The notes below the pieces were generated by a model. The model made no database searches. It was not told the origin of the DNA and saw only the letters and a list, made by a program, of their open reading frames with translations. A program made the position numbers and the translations under genes. A DNA stretch of 64,000 nt, taken from Camelus dromedarius. Lineage: Eukaryota. The stretch lies in assembly GCF_036321535.1 (NCBI RefSeq), contig NC_087436.1, forward strand, positions 103,480,001 through 103,544,000, given 5' to 3'. Shown piece by piece: positions 12,825 to 24,430 of this stretch (its first letter is position 1; every line of letters starts with the position of its first letter).

Positions 12825-13035
12825 GGCATAAAAGAGCAGTGGGTTTGGAGCAAGAAAACCTGGGTCTTGATCACTTCTCTTGTTGACTACATATTTAATC
12901 TTTGGATGTTCCAGACAAAACATTTTAGAAAAAATGACACCTATTTCATTAGAAAATTTTTTTGAATATTAAATGAGATGAGCTATGCTGAAGTTGTCTG
13001 CAAAATCCAAAGTGCTCTGTAAGCTAAACTGTTAC
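12825..13035 (+). mobile_element. MIR fragment
   Basis: ggtttggagcaagaaaacctgggtc...tattaaatgagatga...aaagtgctctgtaa. Confidence 0.55.
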
Positions 13036-13104
13036 CCTCCGAAAATGAAATTTAAAACCTGAAACTATGTGAAATCATCTTGTAATATGATCTTAATTTT
13101 CTCT

Positions 13105-13310
13105 CATGATTACACACATTGCTTATTTTATTCTCATTAATATACTGTGAGTCATCAGTGTGAATATTATTGATCTTATTTTGAAGATGACAGAGCTGGG
13201 ACTTGGAGAATCTGAATGATTTTACCATTAGTATTTGGCCAGAGGTGACAGCAGCAAAAAAAGAAAGTAAAGTCTTTAGAAATAAAATCCAAGCATCTAA
13301 TCATACACCA
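13105..13310 (-). mobile_element. MIR fragment
   Basis: attctcattaatatactgtgag..attattgatcttattttgaagatgacagagctgggacttggaga (antisense core). Confidence 0.5.
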
Positions 13311-14582
13311 ACTGCTTCTCTATTACTTTTGGTAGTTTTAGAGATACACTGAAATACTAGTGAGAGAAGACAAGTCGTACCCATCCTGCTTCCTCAGCAC
13401 CTGCACAAACAATGGTAAACATCAGGCACATCATAGGTACTCGTGGGTTGACTGTAGATGGGGAAACTCTATAGTCAGGCAGTGAGTCATCTGACTCTCA
13501 GGCGGCTTGTGTCTCTTGTTTTACATTTTTTTCAGCTTTCGCGCCCATGGTTATACATATGCATCAGAATGGCTGGTGCTGGTAAGGGTGACCCTGGTGG
13601 TTCTATGTCTGTAGAGAAATGTAAGTTATGTACATAAATTCCACTTTAGATTTTCCAATGGTCAAATAGTGATCTCACTACAAGTTAGAATGAGCTGTCG
13701 CAAGGAAGTAAGAGCCGAAATTCAAATCAGGAGACTTGTATTCTAGGTCACCTTAGTCCCTAGTACAATTTTCTAGGCCTTATTTACGACATAATTGTCA
13801 TAGAAAGCCTTTAATGTCCTTCCCGTCCCTTTTATGATTCTAAATTACTCTTCTGAAATAAAAAAGTCTCAGGTAGCATGCAAAAGATATTTTAACATAC
13901 ACACTATAAAATACACTCTACTATATTATGCTTTATGGCATATGTTATACTATATAACCAGAATTTACTATGTTTTCCTTTTTTTAGTTTATATAATTTT
14001 ACATGAAAATTTAGGCTAGTTGAATCCAACCAGTCTTTAACAAATATAAATTAAACACAAGCAATTTAAAACACGTTGCTTTCAATTTGTAAAAAGTGTA
14101 ATGAAGATATGTTTGTACAATTAGGTGAGATAAAAAGTATCGAAAATACTACTACTAAAATTAGTTACTAAATAACTTGAATTATAATAAGTATTCAAGA
14201 TCAAGTTACTCTGTTTTAAAATTAAATACTTGAAAAATACCCATTTTCCCCATAGTGGTCTGTGTATTTAAACCAATTCCAAGTGTAATCATTGGAAGTA
14301 TTTTTTTCTTCAAAAGTTGAATCAAATGACATTAGAGTTTTAAAGTGCTATTGAAGTATTATTTTAAGTATTTTTAAAGCAATATTAGAGTTTATAAGTT
14401 CTGTGGAGACTGTCATAAGCCCAAATAAGGGTTTTTGTTCACAGTCTAAGTGTGATGAGAAGGCATGGGAAAGTTTACATTAATAAACAGGTATTTCTAC
14501 ATTTACAGCACAGCTTTTGCTTGAATGTTTATGTTCCTCATCTCCAATTTTCTCTTCTGGTTTACTTGTTTTTGAAGAGTCT

Positions 14583-14792
14583 ACTACCTTCCTTTCCTTC
14601 TTCTTTTCTCCCTTCCCTCCCCTTCCCTACAGTTTTGCCCCCTTTTGAAGTCTCCTCTTCCTGCTTCTCCTCTCCCCATCCTTTTCCCTTCCCTCTTCCC
14701 TCTCCTTCCCTCTCTCGTTCTTCTCTCCTTACTTTCATGCTCCCTTCTCTCTTCCTTTCCTTCGTCCTAGTCCTATGCTGTCCTCCCCTTCC
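14583..14792. repeat. Low-complexity polypyrimidine (CT-rich) tract
   Basis: About 200 nt dominated by C and T (ccttcc and ctccct units). Confidence 0.9.
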
Positions 14793-15344
14793 TGGAGGGA
14801 GCTGTGTGCCAGAGACTACAAAGCAGGGTGGCAGGTAGGAGATCAGGGTAGCAGGCAGGCGAGGAAGCAGAACATGGGGAAGGGGATGCCCTCCTGAGAA
14901 ATCAGTGTCCTTGGTGACCAAGAAAGCAGAGCGGTAAGGACATGGGATGGTGAAGAGGCAACAGTGTGCCTGGCAGCAAAGGAATGGGACAGTGGGAGGT
15001 GGACCATGAGGATCTGTCAGTGTGGCTGGTGACTGGAGGCAAGTTGTGGGTAAATACAGAGAAGTGCTCACGAGGGAGGCATCTGATAGCCTAGGCAGCA
15101 GCTTAGAATGAGTGCAGAGGTCATGGAATAAGGTGGCTGGATTCACTGGGAGATTAGGAACATGGAACAAATAAGTAAAATAAACAAATAATAAGCAAAA
15201 ATATTGATTATAATGTGAGCCAGGATTTCCAATGTTAGAGAAGTATTACAGAAGTGAGAAAAGAGAGATTAGAAAGAAACCTGAGGCTTTGAGTTGGAAT
15301 TATAGGAATGAATATGAACTCTTGGATTTTTGTTTTATAATAAA

Positions 15345-15497
15345 TATGCACAAATAACATATATGTATGTGTATTATTTATTATATATGCATATATGTAG
15401 CATAACATATGTGTGCATATATAACTATATATAACATATATATGCATATATATATATATATATAACATATAACATATATATATATATGCATATACAT
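15345..15497. repeat. Degenerate (TA)n/(CATATA)n microsatellite
   Basis: Directly visible alternating AT runs. Confidence 0.9.
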
Positions 15498-15869
15498 GGA
15501 GGCTTAGATGTGTGTGTAGCCCTTTTGCCTTAGAAGAGACAGATGAACTGGAGCTGAGAAAGGAAGAGTCAGTTAACATTTTCCCAGCATTCTCTTCTCC
15601 TTGATAATCTTAGAGACACTTTCTTTGTTTCAGTTTTTGGCATTAAATTCTAACTCATGCTACAAAGTCAGGAAAGAGTATAGGCAATTAAACTTGAATC
15701 CTAATTTTGTCATTTTCCAGCTACTGCTTTGGTATAAGGATTAAAAGAGATAAAACATACAACTTACGTGCTTTTTGGATGTCGTGAAGTTAAAACAATA
15801 TATGCTACCTAACTTTCAAGTAAATATCATCTCTTTGAGTCATACAAGTCTAGAGTTGCCTAAAGCAGG

Positions 15870-15985
15870 GGTTAGTAGTGCTATTTTGCAAGAGGGAAAT
15901 AAAGCTTAGGGACGTGAAATGACTTGATGAAAATCAAACAGCTAATGAGCAGCAGAACCCTGGACCAGAGCCCAAGCTTCCTTAT
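15870..15985 (-). mobile_element. MIR fragment
   Basis: attttgcaagagggaaataaagcttagggacgtgaaatgacttg...cagctaatgagcagcagaacc. Confidence 0.6.
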
Positions 15986-17025
15986 CACTAACCCAGCAGC
16001 AAAGAACCACATTAAATTTAATTTCAATATTTTCTAAAAACCAAAGGGCTTTTGCTGTAGGATTTAATAATGTTACTTTTTATTATTTAGTTAATTAAAC
16101 ACTTCTATGGCCAAGGTAGATAGCTGTGAGGATCTCTAACTGACATGAATCTCCCCTTGCTGAACTTTCTTCTACAATTCGACTTATAATAACAAATAAA
16201 TGATGATAGGGAAAAATGCTGTCTTTGGTACAACAGAATGAAAAAGTCCAAAGTGGCATTTTGGAATTTTCCCCTTATCATAGCAGCACACAGGCAGCAC
16301 ATTCTGACCTATCAAATTGGAGATGTGTGGGCTACTGAGGTGTTGTTATGAGAAAGTGTGAAATAAGTTTCCCATTGAAAACATGTTGATAAAATGTTGG
16401 CAGCTAAAAGTTCCGTAGCATAGGAAGAAAATATCTTTGAAAATATCCAAGTGAATGGTCATCTTTTAAGTTAACAGGTAGTTACCTGATGCCTTCCTTG
16501 AAATCAGTAAACTGCTCATCTTGCAGACTATGTTAGGAACTGAATTTCTAAAGCAAAAATGTCCTATAGCACAGGATAAATGGAAAAATGTGCCAAATTT
16601 TAGATGTCTCATATAATCTTGTTTTGATGTAAACAATAGAGTCTGATCATATAATAAGATCTAATTAGTACAATGCTGTCAATCACCATGTCACGTAGGC
16701 AGAAGAATATAACGTGCATTTTTCACCTTTTGCCAGAAGCTCATTATCTTTGCATGTATTTCTTTGCTTTTATCATCAAAGCACATTAGTGCAATAAAAG
16801 GAATAAATAAGGTGGTATGACACAATAAACAAAGGCATGTACAGGAAGTTAAGAATATGCTATGGTAAAATACTATCACCTTTCATGGATTAGCATACAT
16901 TTGGAAGGTTAAAAAAAAGGACAACCGCACAACAGAAGGAAAACTTAATAAGCTAAGGTTTGGAAGTAACAGTGAAACAAACTCGAAATTTCTAACATTT
17001 AGAACAAAAGGATGTCTCAGATATT

Positions 17026-17026
<1 letters not shown>

Positions 17027-17056
<30 letters not shown>
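17027..17056. repeat. Compound (TC)n(CA)n microsatellite
   Basis: ctctctctctctcacacacacacacacaca. Confidence 0.95.
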
Positions 17057-18674
17057 GATCTGATTAAAAAATATTCTTTACTTTATGCTTTGATAAGTGA
17101 CTATCAATCCTTTCTTTATTTCTCTTCTCTGATTTCTTCTTTGACCCAATGTGTAACTGCCTCTTGTCTTTTCTGTACATATCTATGTCTCTCTTTTCCT
17201 TTTCTTTTTTCTTTTAAGTAGAAGCTACAAGAATTGGAAAGGTTACAGTGGCAGTCTTTGATCCTTAAAATCTGGGTTCAAATGCTACCCCTGTTGTGTT
17301 CTAGGAGTTCTATAGGAATCCATAGAATGAAGGTATTAAGAGAGGGTTGCAGTGATATTTGTACTCACTCATTTATTAAACTGGCGTGAGTGTTTATATT
17401 ATTATTTTAAAGTGGTACATATGCGGTACCTTCTTCCTTACATATTACACATACACAAACATGTACATTGTCACATACACATATATAACTCTAAAAGGAA
17501 GAAATTTACTGTATATTTTTGATTTTTGCCAATTTAAAGTAGAATTACCCCCGAGGGTACTAAAGGATTTGCCTGTTTGCTTAGGCATAGATAATGGAAT
17601 TTTCCAAAGCACCTTAATAGGGACTACCATGAAGTCTGCCTCAAGAAATATTATCATAAGGGTTCCCACTTGCTTTGTGGAAGCCATTTGTCCTAAAAGC
17701 ATTTTCAACCTACTTGTAACTGACACATTAATAATGCTATCAGAGTGCCAAACCCACCATATGAGGCTAAAAGAGAGAAGGTATAAGAAATCCTTACTCT
17801 ACTCAGGAGGAAAACTAAAAGCATTGTTATGATGAACTAACCTAAAAAATGATTCTCAAAAAAATGCTGCATAAAGGACTCTAGTTTTGTTTTTGTTTTG
17901 AATAACCTATTTTGTAAACATAACTGATGTAATATGTTTGGAAAAAACAGTAATAATCAATAAAAAATTACAAATTCAAATAATCATTTTTATCTTCTGA
18001 AACAAATGTAAAACAATGGTAAAGCAGAAAATCTAGATGTTTTATTAAAAGCAAATGTCTTTTCTGTTACAATTCATTCAACAAATAAGTTTGAAATGAA
18101 AATGACTGACAACTATAGAGAAGTTAAAATCCTTAGATTGTGAGTATTTTATTACTATCCCTATGTGACACTAGTCTTTAAAAGCCCTGTGAAAAGTAAC
18201 ATAAGCAAATAATTTGCAACTAAAATCATGCCTCTCCAAATTATTCATTATCAATCTATTTGTAATCATAATAGAGCCATTTGGTATTAATGCCTGTGTT
18301 ATCATCATCATGCATAAACAGCTTCCTCTATAATTGAGCTTTAGCTGGATAAATCTTTCAAGTGGATCTGTTTCTCAGGAAGCAGCAGCAAAGACTAGTG
18401 AGTTCACTGTTGACCCTGAAAGTTTTCATTTGGAACTAAAGGAGGCCATTTAGTATTATGAATTTGTACTTAAATAAAGGTAAACCTCTCCAGCAGCTTT
18501 TAACTCCAATACTGTTTGTTTTCCTACAACAATATATAGAGTTGAAAGTCCACAATTTTAGTACATTATGTCTTTATGATACCCATTTACTATATGTGTG
18601 CTAAGCAACTTACTTCAGAAGTCTGCAAACTTTCAGAGATTTTAAAAAAGAAGAGACACATAAAACAGTAATGT

Positions 18675-19269
18675 TGAGACAGGAGGGAAGGGGACAGGGC
18701 ACAAGCATTGAAAGAATGACACAGCATTTGAGGATAGCACAAACTGGTTGGAACCAAGACGGCAGAAGATTTGTATTCCTGTAGACCCTGAGCCTCATGG
18801 CACACCCACAGGCACCATGTTAGTTCCTAGGCTGGCCATAAAAGGTCAAACAGTGGGTGGGGGCCCAATTCCTGGAAATCCCTGCCCCTTTCCCAAAGTA
18901 GTTGGAATAATCCTCCTACTCGTTAGCATATGAAATTACTGAGTCCATAAAAATGAACAACTGTGCACCTGGTGGTCGCTCTCCCCCTCTTGCCTTCTGA
19001 GATGGCCTGCATTCTGTCTATGGAGTGTGTATCCACTTTTACTTTAAACTAAACACCCCACACCTCTTGGTCTCTCTCACTCTCACCTTTTGAGATGGCC
19101 CGCCTTCTGCCAATGGATGTTTATCTCCTAAGCCACTCTCCCTTCTGAGTGAGATGGACCACACTCTGTTTATGGAGTGTATATCTCTCTAAATAAACTT
19201 GCTTTCAATTTACTATGCCTTGCTCTTGAATTCTTTCCTATGTGAGGCAGAACCTATTCTCCTACAACA
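18675..19269 (+). mobile_element. ERV1 solo LTR, MER41-like (copy B)
   Basis: TG..CA ends; TSD atgt/atct (3 of 4 match); TATA-like cataaaaa 18946-18953; AATAAA 19192-19197; homologous to 6522-7113 over its full length. Confidence 0.85.
18869..18877. promoter_or_regulatory. GAS/STAT consensus motif in LTR copy B
   Basis: TTCCTGGAA fits TTCNNNGAA at the position homologous to the motif in copy A. Confidence 0.45.
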
Positions 19270-20330
19270 ATCTGATTTACTTCTTTGAACTTTTCTTCAT
19301 GTACTAAATAGGCAAATTGTGTTGACCATAGAATCATACAGTCATACAATATAAGAAGGTCAATATTTCTATTGACTTTCTCTCTCAGATAAACAACTGA
19401 AAACTGTTTGAATATCATTTACACATTTTAGTAAAAAAGAAGAAATAAAACCAATTTACTAACTACATTACTTGGAAATCAAAGGAACTTGTAAAAAGTA
19501 AAAAATTTTAAATGATCATTATTAACTTAGGTGATTTTAAAACATTTCGTAAGGGACAGAAACTAAGAAAACAAAACTCACCAGAAATTATTACATAAAT
19601 ACTAATTTTTCTGTAAAAGTCAATGTGCTCACCCTACATTCAACAGGAAAGCCAGAAACAACAAAAAGGCAGAGAATTCCAGTGTCCAGAGAACAGCCTG
19701 CCAGACATTCTGCTTCAGACAGAAAGCCAAACATTCTTTGCATTTTCAAGACATGTAGGATCATTACAGGGAAATAACTGACGTTCAATATATTTTATTC
19801 AGAACATGAAACTGTTTTACTGGAAAGCAAAATGAATAAAACACTGGGTCATATATTTGAAGGTAAGTGGGCAACGAAGAGGTGAACACTCTTAGAAGCT
19901 AGACTAACTTTTTTTTTTTTTTTACTGGTATTGGGAAAAAAGAAAACATGAGATTTATTTCTTTATAAATATTTCTACAGATAAGAGAAATCTTCAATTC
20001 CAGCACTTCTACCCAAATATTCATCAGTGATCTGTCAACAATTCCTAAAGCCAGCTTCGACATAGTCACTCTTCATCCTCTCTTCAAAGTAAACATGTAT
20101 TGTTATGTCTATTTTTAAAAAAAATTATATGGCTTCTGAATCCTCACCAGTTCAACAATGGCCGAAAATACCTGTCAGGGAGACATATAAATAGAAGATG
20201 GGCAGAATGTCCTTGGTGACAAACACATGGTGTGTGGAGGTGTTTTAATTTTAAATGGTATTGAAAGACCTAGGAAAATAAAATAAAATGGTATTTCCAA
20301 TAGCACATGGAAGAAAACTCTTTAGAGAAT

Positions 20331-20822
20331 GTATTAGTTAGCTTTGCTATAGTAATGCCTCATAACAAGATACCACAATGCCTTACAGGCCTAATGCCTT
20401 ACAGGAGTAAATGTCTTTTTTCCTCCTCACTCACAAATCTTTAAGTTAAATGTTGGCTTTGCTGGGCTTAGCTGGCACCAGCTGGGCTTTGCTGTGGGGC
20501 ACAGATTTAACTTAGGTCTTCCCAAGTGTCTTTCCATTCTGAGACCATCAACAATGAGGAATGTGCTTTTCTCATGGTGGATGCCAGAAGGACAAGGGGC
20601 CAACTTGAAACGTTAAAATGTATTTAAACTTCTACTAGAATTACATTTGCTAAAATTTAGTGCCTAAAACAAATCACTGGCCAAACCCAGTTATTACTGG
20701 GGCAGGAAGATTTACTCAGCTTACCCCATGGGGAGGTAGATTCGAGTCCCATGGCAAAGTGAATATATGCACTGTTTCCGTACCAAGAAGAGAAAATCAG
20801 TGAATAATGATCCCATCTAACA
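20331..20822 (-). mobile_element. Old MaLR solo LTR (MLT1H/J-like)
   Basis: Starts tgtattagttagctttgct..cataacaa; contains aaatcactggccaaaccca..ggggcaggaaga; internal 13-bp duplication aatgccttacagg. Confidence 0.65.
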
Positions 20823-21587
20823 CTAAGTGCTAGTGATGAACTCGTCAAAGCCAGAAGGTGCGGAATTCCTGAGGGGTGACAAAATCCTCAAAGGGTACCC
20901 TGAATACATGGCAATGGTAATAGACCTGATTCCTGCCTTATGGTGAAGATTAAATGAGATGAGAATGGATACATGTAACTTACTTTCTCCCATAAAGTAT
21001 TAAGGCCTTGAAAAGAAATATTTTTATAAAATATCAGTTATTAAGGGTAGTTCTACTCTTTCTAGATTTTGAGGGGAGCACAGCATTGCTTAAAGAGTAA
21101 ATTCCTTTACTTTGGAAGTAAGAGTATTCTATTTATAAACATCTTCTATTTCCAGGGGCATCCATTCTGCAAAAGTGAACCTATAATTTCCAACTGAGTG
21201 CAACCAGTTAGCGGGATGAAACTGCAGATTCAGTGTAACAGTCCTGTCATTTTTCATTGCCATACTTTACTCATCATGTGATGCTATTTTGATCATCAGA
21301 GTCTAACTAAAACCCAACGTTATGCCAAATACAGATGCTATTATAGGAGGCGAGTCTGATGCATGTAAGAATGGGTGGTTACTGCTATCACACATTCCTA
21401 GCTGGACTGCAGGCATAATGACATTTCAGGACAAACAATTTCTTCCATATCCTATTAAACTAAAGCAGGGGAAAGAATTCCTTAGATGATATTGAGGAAT
21501 AATCTCAAATAGGAAACCAAGAGTCAGAAACAATGACTGCTGTTTACCATATCGAGGTTAATACTAGATACTCAATAAATAATGATG

Positions 21588-21665
21588 GCAGAAAAGAAAG
21601 GAGGCAGAAAGGGGCGGGGGAGGAAGGAAGAAAGGAAGGGAGGGACGAAGGAAGAAAGGAAAGAA
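21588..21665. repeat. Purine-rich (GGAA-like) low-complexity tract
   Basis: gaggaaggaagaaaggaagggagggacgaaggaagaaagg. Confidence 0.8.
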
Positions 21666-22084
21666 TTATACATTTTTTTGTATGTATGTGTGTTCCTTGA
21701 ACAGTAAAACCTGTGTGTTTTATCCATATTGTGCTATGCCTGTAAGAGTCTACTAAGCATGCTTAGTTCTAATAATCATTTAACAAGATATTTAAGGATA
21801 AAAAAGAAAATAGGGAAAGATGAAAAAAGAGATCGTGAAAATGTGTCTGATTCTTAAATATATACCTTGAAATGTGACTTTGAACATGTTTAAACCCATT
21901 TTAAATTTGTTTAAACCCTGTCTACATTACTCTGTAACTATCTGTGGGACCTAATGTAACAACCAGGCTGTAGTAACTAACGTTCTCTCCGCTGCTTTTA
22001 CTTACTTGCACATCATGGGCCTTTGTGCTTTTCTGTTTCTGTTGTTAAAAATAGCCAAGTACATTCAGATACCGGTATTTACTT

Positions 22085-22330
22085 TTAGGAGGAGGAAAGA
22101 CAGAACATCACATTTGGAAGCAGATATTCATGGTTTGAGCCTCAGTGCTCTCAATTACTAGTTCTGTGATGATATTGGGCAAGTCACTCAAATTTCTCAT
22201 GCTTAAATCCACCTTTTACTAAAATAGGAGTAAAACTACATATGTTGTCTTCCTTAGAGAGTGACAAGACACTCCGAAGAGAGTAGACAAGACACTGTGA
22301 AAGCTTTTTGCAGACTGTAAGCCACTATTC
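22085..22330 (+). mobile_element. MIR SINE
   Basis: ggtttgagcctcagtgctc..tactagttctgtga..ttgggcaagtcactcaa..aaaatagg. Confidence 0.65.
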
Positions 22331-24249
22331 AATTGCAATTGCTATTATAATCTTTCACCGTAACTTTCTGCCTTTGGTCTGGATTCTGGATGTTCCAACT
22401 TAGTGCAGTGTCGACACACAATTCAGTTCTAATGACAAGAAAATCCAATTCTTTCAGAGGGAGAAAATGAATTGTATACCATACGGTCACACATTTGGAA
22501 CCTGTTATTTTCAATAATAACATGTTAGGGAAGCATTCATTATCGACTAGAAATAACTTATTTCGACAGTTAGCTGTAGTAGAGTTCACGCTGAGTGCTA
22601 AGATGCTGACATCAAACAGAAAGAGAGTAAATACAATGAGCTCCGTTCTAGCAGAAGACATCCATCAGCATGGTTTATTTGCAAGGCACTGTATTATTTC
22701 TTCTCAATCAGCAAGTTCAAGGTAGGATCTCTTACAGCAGGAAGTGTTGTACAGCCATTTCTCTTCCTCTGCACTGCTCACCTCTTTGCCGTTCAACGTA
22801 AATCTAAACTATTTCAAGGCCACTTCTCTTTTAACCCCCAGGTCTGGTTTAATACTCCAAAGTCACCCTGAGGTCACAGGATATAAACCCAGTTATTTGA
22901 ATCTGGGTGAGCTAACCTGCTTTCATGAAGATCTCAGCTTTAGAGTCAGATAAATGTCTTCAGATGCATTTGTGCAGAGCACAGCCAAATATGAGGCCAG
23001 TTAGGAGATTACATTTCTATGTTGCCTTCCTAGCAGATAAGTTTATCCAGAGACCTATATTCTCTTCATTTCACAGCAAGAGAAAGAGTATTAAGACTTC
23101 GAGCCTAATAAAATGCATAGCAAAGCAATTTCATGGGTAAGACAAGAACTCGGTTTGTTTGGGAAAAAATAGCACTGAGTCCGTTCATCAGAATTACTTT
23201 AAGAAGCCTGTTGTGCATTCGTTATCAGAGATCTTCCACTGGAAGTAATGTATAAAATGCTGGGATTTATCAACAACAACAAAAAGACTGAACTTGAAGC
23301 CAGGAGGGAAATTAGGGTTCCCAAATTATTCTGATAGAAGTAAAAGGGAGAAACAGGAGGAGGCAGGACATTAAGAAATTATCTTCACTGCAAAGACAAA
23401 TGCTGCAAACTCACACTAGGTTTGTCTATTAAGTCCATGTAAAGTGCAAAACAACAACAACAACAAGCCTACAGTAATGAAAAAGATGGATAACAATGCA
23501 CATAGCTACTGATTTCTACAGAGGGATCCTGATGTGCTTTCGACTTTTTCATCAGCAGGAAGAGAAAGTACAATATTGTTGAAAAACAATATTAAATTTT
23601 TTCTGGTTTAAAAGTACATGTATGAAAAAATTATTATTTTAAAATTGTTTTCCAACTAAAAATATATTTTACTGTAATCCTATGGTTAATATAAGATCAT
23701 CTTTGTACTAAAAATTATAAATAAGTGGTTTTGGGATTTGAACAATAAAATAGCTTTGTTTAACAAAAGTTTGTGAGGTAACTTTTAGTTTCCTAATTAT
23801 TTCAGTAACTTATGAACTCAACAACATTAAATTTTACCAAAGAATCTAGAGAGTTACTTTAAATTAATTCTAAAAATTTAGCTAATCCCATACCAGGTGG
23901 ACTACAATAAAAATGAGTTTCTAGTGAATAGCTAATCCCATTTTGAATGTTACTTTTATTCAACAAATATGTATTAAGCACTAGTGCATAAGGCCTTTAA
24001 TGGCAAACATGTACCCAAGGGGATGATTTTTTAATAAAGATATTAGAGAAACTGGAGTAATTGCTTCTTTCAGGTAATTAAGATGGCCTATGATAGTTCC
24101 CCTCTCCTTCCCACCTAAACCTGTATCAATCTGTTTTCAGAACTCAGATCAAAATATTTTATTTGCAAGCTTTTAGAAATTAAATTCACTCCACATACTT
24201 CATCACTTTATTCTGTGATAACATTCTGTGTTTCCTTGACAAATCATGC

Positions 24250-24430
24250 AGACACTGGGACTAATACAGGACAAAAGGGGCTCAGTCTTTGTTCTACCAC
24301 TTACTAGCCACATGGCTTGACTAGTTGCTCATGAGAAATGAAGAGAATGATACCATCGCTATGAGGATTCAATCATTAAAACACTTAGTGCATAATCTGG
24401 AATATAGTATGGGGTCACTAAATTTCAGTT
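24250..24430 (+). mobile_element. MIR fragment
   Basis: gttctaccacttactagc...atgaggattcaa..aaacacttagtgcataatctggaatatagta. Confidence 0.55.

Noticed and set aside
14452..15170. Longest ORFs (202 aa minus, 128 aa plus)
   Set aside because: They are open only because they cross the CT-rich low-complexity tract; composition is biased and there is no recognisable domain.
17386..17832. 148-aa ORF in unique DNA
   Set aside because: Non-ATG start, low-complexity N-terminus, no recognisable homology or exon boundaries.
6522..19269. A single provirus or composite transposon bounded by the two LTRs
   Set aside because: The LTRs are inverted, carry different individual TSDs, and enclose no primer-binding site, gag, pol or env; the interval holds ordinary older repeats.
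22045..22054. MEF2 consensus TTAAAAATAG
   Set aside because: A single AT-rich motif in an AT-rich window, expected by chance.
22329..22725. 110-aa minus and 76-aa plus ORFs
   Set aside because: No recognisable protein similarity or convincing splice-site pair; lengths are compatible with chance.
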